Of a DNA stretch of 64,000 nt, positions 52,230-60,215 are shown piece after piece (the stretch's first letter is position 1; every line of letters begins with the position of its first letter). Below the pieces are notes generated by a model. The model was not told where the DNA came from, did not search any database, and saw only the letters and a program-made list of their open reading frames with translations. The stretch lies in the NCBI GenBank assembly GCA_963665095.1, contig OY762069.1:1728001-1792000 (forward strand), written 5' to 3'. The position numbers and the translations under genes are program-made. The DNA comes from an uncultured Desulfobacter sp. (lineage in GTDB: Bacteria > Desulfobacterota > Desulfobacteria > Desulfobacterales > Desulfobacteraceae).

Positions 52230-52244
52230 TGGCATATAATTTGT
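52230..52244 (+). promoter_or_regulatory. Sigma-54 (-24/-12)-like promoter of the PEP-CTERM/RHS operon
   Basis: TGGCATATAATTTGT vs consensus TGGCAC-N5-TTGC; correct GG-N10 spacing but GT instead of GC at -12. Confidence 0.5.
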
Positions 52245-52336
52245 ACTGCTTAAGCAAATAGGATATCGCCGTTTTCAGGCGGTTAGTTTTTTAAAGCAGG
52301 CTTTTTTATGGTTTTTTATTTTAAATGGGGGAGAAT

Positions 52337-52888
52337 ATGAAACGGTTAATTTTTTTGATTTTAAGTATATTGTTATTATTGATTATCAGCACCCCTTTGT
52401 GCGCAACAACGATTTTTTATAATGTCAGCAATACCGGTGGGAATACATGGGAGTTCAGTTATACGGTTAAAAACGACAGCCTTAGTGTAGATATTGAAGC
52501 ATTCAGTATCTTTTTTGATTATGGGTTGTACGAAAATATTGCAGTAACCGGGGTTGCCGATGACTGGGAGGCCGACGGGGTTGAACCGGACGATATTTAC
52601 GGGTATGAGGATGACGGATACTATGACGCATGGACCTATGATGCTGCAATTGCAGTGGACCAGTCATTATCCGGTTTTTCCGTCAGCTTTGATTGGCTTG
52701 GTGATGCAAATGAAACCCCCGGTGTTCAATATTTCGAGATTTATGATGTGGATTATAGTGTGCTTGATGAAGGATATACGCAACTGGCAGATCAGGGCGG
52801 CAGCGATCCTGTACCTGAACCCTCAACCTTGATTTTATTTGCCACGGGTCTTCTGGGTTATTTGTTGTCCCGAAGGAGGGTATCATGA
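52337..52888 (+). CDS. PEP-CTERM sorting-domain surface protein
   Basis: Signal peptide; acidic beta-rich domain; C-terminal VPEPSTLILFATGLLGYLLSRRR. Confidence 0.92.
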   Translation: MKRLIFLILSILLLLIISTPLCATTIFYNVSNTGGNTWEFSYTVKNDSLSVDIEAFSIFFDYGLYENIAVTGVADDWEADGVEPDDIYGYEDDGYYDAWTYDAAIAVDQSLSGFSVSFDWLGDANETPGVQYFEIYDVDYSVLDEGYTQLADQGGSDPVPEPSTLILFATGLLGYLLSRRRVS

Positions 52889-55800
52889 GGGTTACCCGCA
52901 TCAAATCATATTTTTTATTAGTGTTGTTTATCCTGTTATGCTCGGCAACAGCGGCCCAGGCTGTTGACCCTGTCATTACAGGATACGAATTAACGGACCG
53001 GACCCGGGTGAGCCGGACCGATTATCAGTATACTTATAAAGCTGTTGCGCAGAATTCAGGCACTGATGACTACACAGATGTCAGTGCTGTGCTGACAAGT
53101 TCTGTATCCACCACTGTTGTGGTTGATGATTCATTGACATTTGGAGATATCTCCTCCGGCCAGAGTGTTCAAAGCAGTGATACTTTTTCAATCCGTGTTA
53201 ACAGACGCTATTCTTTTGATGAGACTGCACTGACCTGGACTTTTTCTTATGAAACTGTAACAGATCCGGGCGATACCGGAACACCGGATCCCAAAGATGT
53301 TGCGCCGCAATTTAAGATGACGGCAACAACGGGTTTCATGGATGGCATCGCCTTTCTCTATACAGGAGCCAATCCGATTCAAACCGGAGTGGCTGAAGAC
53401 ACCATTGTCGAAAAACGCGCCGCTGTTATCCGCGGTATGGTGAAAGACAATACAGGCTCCCCCATCAAAGATGTTATAGTGACGGTTCTTAATCATGGTG
53501 AATATGGCCAGACACTCACACGTGCTGACGGTGAATATGATCTTGCCGTAAATGGTGGCGGGACGTTCACTCTAAATTTTTTTAAATCCGGATACCTTAC
53601 ATCCCAAAGAACAGTTGTGCCTGACTGGCAGGACTACACTGTTGTCAACGATGTTGTTCTCGTTGCCGTAACCGGGGAAATTCATACAATATCCTTTGGT
53701 ACAGGAAGCGAACTTCAGACAATCCTGGGCAAGTATGAAAGCGATGATGACGGTGACCGCAAGGCCATTCTTCTGGTCCCCGGCGGGACAAGCGCAACCC
53801 TTCATTATCCGGACGGAACAGAACAAGCCCTTGCAAATGCCCATATGAGCATTACAGAATACACTGTCGGCGACCTGGGACCAGAAGCCATGCCAGCAGA
53901 TCTACCCGCTTCCAGCGCCTATACATATGCGGCGGAATTCCTTGTGGAGGAAGTCGCGGCCAGGGGAGCAACTTCGGTTACTTTTGATCAGCCCCTGTAT
54001 GGCTATATTCAAAATTTTCTTGGGTTTCCAACAGGCACACCTGTTCCGGCAGCCTATTATGATCGGACAACAGGGGCCTGGATCCCCACCGCTGACGGCC
54101 GGGTCATTGAAATTTTAAGCATAACCGAAGGTGTCGCTCAAATTGATGCCAATGGCGACGGAACAGTTGACAACGGCATTTTTAATGCGGACACAGCAGA
54201 TGATGGAATTGTTGAAATTGATTTGGGCATGACAACTGAAGAACGCCGGGAACTGGCTGCCAACTTCCCGGCAGGCCAGACCATCTGGCGCGTGCCTGTG
54301 CAGCACCTTTCTCCCCATGATTGGAATTTCCCATATTATCTTACATCATTATCCGGATCAGATAAGCCGACAATGCCCCACCCGTCACACGGCACAACAC
54401 CGACAGACACGCCAAAAAAAATTGACGACTATGGAATCATTGAAGTTGAGAATCAGATCTTCCGGGAAAGTTTGGGACTGACAGGGACACCCTTTACCAT
54501 CAATTACTCCAGCGGCCGCGTTGATGGGAACAAAAGCGCTGCCACGTTGAGCATTCCCCTCACCGGCAGCACACTGCCGTCCGGCCCTCTTAAAGATGTT
54601 AAAGTCACCATCTCGGTTGCCGGTCAACGGCATGTGTATTCTGTTGTGGACTCAGCGCAGGGAATTTCGACAAATATGACTTACTCCTACACCTGGGACG
54701 GTTTGGACGCCTATGGACGTAAGGTACCTGGAGAAGTTCCGGTCACGGTGGATTTATCCTATGTGTATGAAGGGTATTACAGCATTCCAAGAACGTATGC
54801 GGGCTGGTACAGTTTTTCCCTTCCCGGCTATGACCAGGATACCATTCTTATCCCGACAAGAGAGGATTTTTACCAGACCCAGACTTTTGAAACAACATTT
54901 GACGCCTCCCAGTTGTGGTATGCAAAAGAACAGGCCCTTGGTGGATGGACCATTGACGCCCATCATGCGTACGACCCCAATGGACGGACACTCTACAGGG
55001 GGGACGGGGCCCAATACAGTGCTGTTAATTACGGTGTCGGTGTTCTTGAACGCCTGGCCGGAACCAACACGTCGTTAGAGGCAACCGGTGACGGCGGGCC
55101 GGCTTTGGAAGGAACAATTGAGGATTTTCTATCTGTTGCTGTTGCGTCGGACGGCGCCATCTATTTTTCAGACACCAATACCATCCGTAAGATCGATCCC
55201 GACGGCATCATTACAACAGTCGCGGGTCAGGCCTACAGTGGCTACGATGGAGACGGCGGACCGGCAGAGAACGCTTCATTTGCTGGTCCCTTCGGTCTTG
55301 CCTTCGGCCCTGATGACAGTCTTTATATCGCTGATACAGACAATGGGGTTGTTCGAAAAATCAATCCTGGCGGCATCATCACGACAGTTGCCGGAGATCC
55401 TGACTTTGAGTTTGCCCAAAACAATGCCGTCCCGGATTTTAATATCTGCCTGGTCTTTCAACAGCCCAAAAAGTTTTTACAATGGGTTGCGGCAAAAATA
55501 GAGTCTGTCTTTCATATCAAAGAAGCCATCGCTGCGTTTGCCCAAACAGATTACGGTGACGGCAGACCGGCAACAGAGGCATACCTGGAATCTCCAACAG
55601 CAGTTGTTGTTGATAAAGACGGCAGCCTGTACATCGGGGAGTATTGTAAAATCCGCAAAGTTGCCACGAACGGAATCATCACAACCTATGCCGGATCTGA
55701 TGTCGGAGGCTCTTCAGACGATAATATCCCTGCAACAGACGCATCCATCCCCCAAATGCAAAGCATGGCCATCGGACCTGACGGCAGCGTTTATTATACA

Positions 55801-58800
55801 CAAGTCGGATGGCTGCCCAATCAACATCTTGTCCGCAGAATTTACCCTGACGGCATTGTCACAACCATTGCCGGCGGGGGAACATACCAAAACCCTGACG
55901 GTCAACCGGCAACAGAGGCGCTGCTCGACTATCCGGAAAATCTTGCTGTCACAGATGACGGCAGCGTATATTTTTCAGATACTTCATCCAGAGTTTTTAA
56001 AATCAACACCCGCGGAATTATCTTGACCGTTGCCGGCGGGGGGGCAACACCATTCAGTGAAGCCGAAGGTGCCCAGGCCCCTGCCATTGATTTTTCAGAA
56101 TTTTATTTACGGCCGGCCCTGAACCCTGACGGCGAGCTTATCATCTGCGCGGGGTACGTGCCTCCCTGGGGGACCACATCGCTTTCAGATTTATACAATT
56201 CCGTCTGGAAATTGAAAGAAAATTCTTTGCCGGAAAGATCCGGTGATGCGGATATTGTTATTCCAGCCCGGAACGGAATGGGCCTTTACATTTTTGATGC
56301 CGGTGGACGACATCTGGAAACCCGGAATGCATTAACAGGCGCTGTCACCTTATCTTTCGGATATGACAGTGACGGCCGGCTTATAACGGTCACAGATGCC
56401 GACAACAACGTCACAGCCGTCAACCGCGATGGCTCAGGAAATCCGACAAGTGTCACAGCCCCGGCCGGACAGACAACAACAGTCAACGTGGATGCCAACG
56501 ATTATCTGGAAACCATAACCAATCCGGCCGGGCAAACCGTGACGTTTGATTATACATCCGGCGGGCTTTTGACAAGCATGTTCCGGCCAAAAGGAAATGA
56601 GTATACGTTTGAATATGACAGCATCGGAAGGCTGATCCGTGCCGACAAGCCGGACGGCAGCTTTGACACGCTGACACGAAAGTCGTTGAATGATGACAAC
56701 AGCAGCAGTTACGAAGTCGTCAAAACAAACAGCCTGGGGCACCAGACCACTTACCGGACCGAATATCTCGAAGACGGGGATGTCCAAAAAACAGTGATTC
56801 AACCCGACGGGCTGCAAAACCTGACCTTGCAGAGAACCGACGGCAGCGAGGAACACACCTCCCCGGACGGTGTTGTCACATCCATAACCCGGTTGCCCAG
56901 TCCGCGTTTCGGCATGCTTGTTCCGGTGATCAGCAATGTGACGGTCACAACCCCGGATGGCATTGAAACCATTGTCGAATCCACACGGGAAACAACACTG
57001 TCCGACGCCTCGGATCTAACAAGCGTTACTTCCTTGATTAATACAACAACCGTCAATGGCCGCACGTTCACGGAAAGTTATGACGGTTTCACCCGTCAAT
57101 ACACCCGAACAACGCCAACAGGACGGACCAGCACCATGACCATTGACGAAGTCGGACGCATCATTGAATCACAAACGAGCAGCTTTGAAGCCGCTGTCTA
57201 CGCATATGACAGTGATGACGGGCAGCTCTCCTCTGTCACTCAGGGGGCCCGTTTTGTTCAATATGGATATGACGAGTTTAACAACCTCAACAGCATCACC
57301 AACGTGATGGGTGCTTCAGAAACGCTCAGCCATACGGCTTCCGGAAAAATCGATGTTCATACCAACGCCCTTGGCAACACAGTCGGTTTTGACTACGGGC
57401 TGAACGGCAAAGTAACAGGCGTGACCACCCCCCGGGGCCATCTGCATCAATATGGATATAATCCTGTTGATATGATGGAAAGTTACACAGATCCTTCCGG
57501 CAACTCAGCGGCATATGAGTACGATGGTGAACAGAATACAACTCAAATCACCCTGGCCGGCAACAAGACAATGACATTCGGATACGATTCCATGGGTCGG
57601 ACAACCAGCATCACAGATCCATCCGGGGTTGTCACAACATCCACTTTTGATGCTGTCGGCCGGTTAAGCGCTATTGAACGTGCAGGAGAAAAGGTTGAAT
57701 ACAGTTATGACGGACACCTCCCGGTTCAAACCGACATATCCGGATCTGTTGCACAACGTATCGGCGTTATATACAATAACAACATTCGCAGGGAATCCGT
57801 GACTATAGACGGCGAAACTGTCAACTATACCTATGACGACGATGGTCTAGTGACCCAGGCCGGGGAGTTGATTATCTCCCGAAATACGGAAGACGGGTTG
57901 ATACATTCCCTGACTTTAGGCCAGACCACTGTAGATTTCAACTATAACGCTTACAGTGAACAAACAGCCTGTACGGTGTCCCATTCAGGAACAACCATGT
58001 TTTCACAAAACTACAGGTGGAATGACCTGGGACAAATCACAGAAAAACAAGAATTCTACGATTCAACAACAAACACCTATGAATACGCCTATGACCTTAT
58101 TGGACAACTGACCGGCGTTGAAAAAGATGACAGCCTTGTTGAAGCGTATTCCTATGACGCCAACCATAACAGAAACCCGTCAGATGCGACATATGACAAT
58201 CAGGACCGGCTTATTTCCGATGGCGGAACAAGTTACGCCTATTGTGATAACGGGTTTCTGACTGAGTCCGTCAGCACCGGAGGCACAACAAGGTACAACT
58301 ACATAGAAACCGGCGAACTCACATCTGTTTCCCTGAGCGACGGCACTGACGTCACTTATATATATGATGGAATGGGACGACGGATTTTAAGAGACCTTTC
58401 AGGGCTTTCCACGCAAAAATTTGTGTATCTTGATCAGCTCAGCCCGGTTGCGGAACTTGATGCCTTTAACAATGTTGTCAGCCGCTTTATTTACGCGACA
58501 GGCGACAATGCGCCTGATTATATGGTCCGGAACGGCATCAATTATCTCTTTGTCAAAGACCAGATCGGAAGCATTCGGCTGGTTGTTAATACATCGACAG
58601 GGAACGTTATTCAAAAAATCGACTACGATGCATTCGGGCAGGTGCTCAGCGATTCAAATCCCGGGTTCCAGCCCTTTGGTTTTGCCGGAGGCATGTATGA
58701 CCCGGAAACCGGTCTTGTCCACTTTGACAGACGGGATTATGACCCAATCACCGGACGCTGGACAGCCAAAGACCCGATCCGGTTTAACGGAGGCAGCACA

Positions 58801-59322
58801 AACCTCTACGCTTACGCAAATAACAATCCTGTTTCCTTCAAAGATCCATCCGGCTTAAAATCTGAATCCACATACAGCGATATTATCGATAAAGCCGACC
58901 AATCCGCCAATTATGAAGGCATTGTTTGGGATGGCGCTGAAATGATCGCCAAGGATGGTTTCAAAAATGCCTCAGCCGGAGGATTCTTCAAAACATTGGG
59001 AAACGTGACAGGTGTCCTTTCTGCAGGTACCAGTTTTCTGAAATACGTGGATACCGCCAATGCCTATTATTACGATGGGAAAGGATCGTTGTGGGATGTG
59101 GCCCACGACTTTGTCTCTTTGGGAGCGAATACGGTCGGGCTGATTCCTTTACCGCCCACACAGATGGCATGCAAAGCTTTAAGTTATCTCGATACCGCGT
59201 CAACACCGATCATGACAGCAATGTTTACGCAATACTACATTCAGCAATCCAGTAATTTGCCAACCGCACCATCCCAGGCGCAAATGACCGGCCCCGGGTA
59301 TGGAAACGGCCCAAAACCCTAA
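52885..59322 (+). CDS. Teneurin-like RHS/YD-repeat protein (2145 aa) with NHL propeller and C-terminal payload domain
   Basis: Signal peptide; TRADGEYDLAVNGG, TWDGLDAYGRKV, LGGWTIDAHH (teneurin-like); NHL repeats (TTVAG...GDGGPA); YD repeats; RHS core PFGFAGGMYD..TGLV...RDYDP..GRW..KDP...NLYAY..NNP....DPSG. Confidence 0.9.
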   Translation: MRVTRIKSYFLLVLFILLCSATAAQAVDPVITGYELTDRTRVSRTDYQYTYKAVAQNSGTDDYTDVSAVLTSSVSTTVVVDDSLTFGDISSGQSVQSSDTFSIRVNRRYSFDETALTWTFSYETVTDPGDTGTPDPKDVAPQFKMTATTGFMDGIAFLYTGANPIQTGVAEDTIVEKRAAVIRGMVKDNTGSPIKDVIVTVLNHGEYGQTLTRADGEYDLAVNGGGTFTLNFFKSGYLTSQRTVVPDWQDYTVVNDVVLVAVTGEIHTISFGTGSELQTILGKYESDDDGDRKAILLVPGGTSATLHYPDGTEQALANAHMSITEYTVGDLGPEAMPADLPASSAYTYAAEFLVEEVAARGATSVTFDQPLYGYIQNFLGFPTGTPVPAAYYDRTTGAWIPTADGRVIEILSITEGVAQIDANGDGTVDNGIFNADTADDGIVEIDLGMTTEERRELAANFPAGQTIWRVPVQHLSPHDWNFPYYLTSLSGSDKPTMPHPSHGTTPTDTPKKIDDYGIIEVENQIFRESLGLTGTPFTINYSSGRVDGNKSAATLSIPLTGSTLPSGPLKDVKVTISVAGQRHVYSVVDSAQGISTNMTYSYTWDGLDAYGRKVPGEVPVTVDLSYVYEGYYSIPRTYAGWYSFSLPGYDQDTILIPTREDFYQTQTFETTFDASQLWYAKEQALGGWTIDAHHAYDPNGRTLYRGDGAQYSAVNYGVGVLERLAGTNTSLEATGDGGPALEGTIEDFLSVAVASDGAIYFSDTNTIRKIDPDGIITTVAGQAYSGYDGDGGPAENASFAGPFGLAFGPDDSLYIADTDNGVVRKINPGGIITTVAGDPDFEFAQNNAVPDFNICLVFQQPKKFLQWVAAKIESVFHIKEAIAAFAQTDYGDGRPATEAYLESPTAVVVDKDGSLYIGEYCKIRKVATNGIITTYAGSDVGGSSDDNIPATDASIPQMQSMAIGPDGSVYYTQVGWLPNQHLVRRIYPDGIVTTIAGGGTYQNPDGQPATEALLDYPENLAVTDDGSVYFSDTSSRVFKINTRGIILTVAGGGATPFSEAEGAQAPAIDFSEFYLRPALNPDGELIICAGYVPPWGTTSLSDLYNSVWKLKENSLPERSGDADIVIPARNGMGLYIFDAGGRHLETRNALTGAVTLSFGYDSDGRLITVTDADNNVTAVNRDGSGNPTSVTAPAGQTTTVNVDANDYLETITNPAGQTVTFDYTSGGLLTSMFRPKGNEYTFEYDSIGRLIRADKPDGSFDTLTRKSLNDDNSSSYEVVKTNSLGHQTTYRTEYLEDGDVQKTVIQPDGLQNLTLQRTDGSEEHTSPDGVVTSITRLPSPRFGMLVPVISNVTVTTPDGIETIVESTRETTLSDASDLTSVTSLINTTTVNGRTFTESYDGFTRQYTRTTPTGRTSTMTIDEVGRIIESQTSSFEAAVYAYDSDDGQLSSVTQGARFVQYGYDEFNNLNSITNVMGASETLSHTASGKIDVHTNALGNTVGFDYGLNGKVTGVTTPRGHLHQYGYNPVDMMESYTDPSGNSAAYEYDGEQNTTQITLAGNKTMTFGYDSMGRTTSITDPSGVVTTSTFDAVGRLSAIERAGEKVEYSYDGHLPVQTDISGSVAQRIGVIYNNNIRRESVTIDGETVNYTYDDDGLVTQAGELIISRNTEDGLIHSLTLGQTTVDFNYNAYSEQTACTVSHSGTTMFSQNYRWNDLGQITEKQEFYDSTTNTYEYAYDLIGQLTGVEKDDSLVEAYSYDANHNRNPSDATYDNQDRLISDGGTSYAYCDNGFLTESVSTGGTTRYNYIETGELTSVSLSDGTDVTYIYDGMGRRILRDLSGLSTQKFVYLDQLSPVAELDAFNNVVSRFIYATGDNAPDYMVRNGINYLFVKDQIGSIRLVVNTSTGNVIQKIDYDAFGQVLSDSNPGFQPFGFAGGMYDPETGLVHFDRRDYDPITGRWTAKDPIRFNGGSTNLYAYANNNPVSFKDPSGLKSESTYSDIIDKADQSANYEGIVWDGAEMIAKDGFKNASAGGFFKTLGNVTGVLSAGTSFLKYVDTANAYYYDGKGSLWDVAHDFVSLGANTVGLIPLPPTQMACKALSYLDTASTPIMTAMFTQYYIQQSSNLPTAPSQAQMTGPGYGNGPKP

Positions 59323-59356
59323 TGGATAAAGGGTCAGAATAATAAAGACATCTTTA

Positions 59357-59396
59357 GAGGGGATACGAGATAAATAATTCGTATCCCCTCATTTTT
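59357..59396 (+). terminator. Rho-independent terminator after the RHS gene
   Basis: GAGGGGATACGA-N10-TCGTATCCCCTC then ATTTTT. Confidence 0.8.
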
Positions 59397-59485
59397 CGAT
59401 TAATCACTGAACACAAATGGGAGCTCTTTATTCATTTTAGCTTCATACATTGCCGGCATTAACGGTGCCAGCCTGAATGCGGCAG

Positions 59486-59959
59486 TCATAAATAAAAGGC
59501 CGCCTGGTCGATCTGATCTTCCCCGAATACCCTGATCCCGTTTTCCCTGAGCAGGAAGGTTGTCACCCCTGCGCCGTCCACAAGTGTGCGGGAAAAATTA
59601 CCGTCATATATTACAACACTGCCGCAGGAGGGGCTTTTCTGCTTAAGGATGGCCGTTGTTATGTTTAAAGATACGGCTTTGTCCAAGGCTGCCTGGGCAC
59701 CTTTAATAAAAAAATTAGTGACATCGGTCTGTTGGGTTTTCACCCGGGCGGTTCCGGCCCAGACAGCGGCGCCACCGCCAAAGCAGATCTCTGCTGGGGG
59801 CCGGGGGACAGGAAGGCCGCCCTCCATTTCCGGGCAGACCGGCACCAGCCGTCCCTGCTTTTGCCATTGTATTATCAGGTTATGGTCAAACGGGCATGAT
59901 TTGCCATCGTAGCGCACCGGCTGCCCTAAAAGGCAGGCTGAAATAAGTATCAGTTCCAT
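59486..59959 (-). CDS. DUF523 (YbbK/2-thiouracil desulfurase-like) Fe-S protein
   Basis: ISACLLG..VRYDG, PVCPE..GGL..PR, LKQKSPSCG. Confidence 0.9.
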   Translation of the reverse strand: MELILISACLLGQPVRYDGKSCPFDHNLIIQWQKQGRLVPVCPEMEGGLPVPRPPAEICFGGGAAVWAGTARVKTQQTDVTNFFIKGAQAALDKAVSLNITTAILKQKSPSCGSVVIYDGNFSRTLVDGAGVTTFLLRENGIRVFGEDQIDQAAFYL

Positions 59960-60026
59960 GAAAAATTCTTATACCAGCATTGCAGATGTTTGTAAAAATT
60001 TCTTGACTATGGCGGGGAATTAGTGC

Positions 60027-60046
60027 AATGAATGGCTATTCATTCA
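60027..60046. promoter_or_regulatory. Palindromic operator upstream of acyl-CoA dehydrogenase (TetR/FadR-like)
   Basis: AATGAAT-GGCT-ATTCATT; second ATGAA-N6-TTCAT copy at 60177-60192. Confidence 0.55.
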
Positions 60047-60215
60047 GAAAAATCCTTGGACTCTGAATGATACAAGATTTGGCTTTTACTTGCAACATAC
60101 TGTTATTGAAGCGTTATTATAAAAATATCATCACGCGGACAATAGAGAACATACGAGAATAAGCCATTTCATAACGATGAAGGCTAATTCATTAACAACC
60201 CCCAGAGGAGGACAC

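Noticed and set aside
52062..52253. 63-aa ORF between the cyclase and PEP-CTERM genes
   Set aside because: No RBS or motif; overlaps the dyad and sigma-54-like promoter, so more plausibly regulatory DNA
55050..58800. Repetitive sequence as possible CRISPR or tandem DNA repeat
   Set aside because: Repeats are degenerate protein-level NHL and YD repeats inside one ORF, with no identical repeat-spacer structure
59486..59959. DUF523 gene as immunity protein for the RHS payload
   Set aside because: Opposite strand, separated by a terminator, and belongs to a recognisable Fe-S enzyme family
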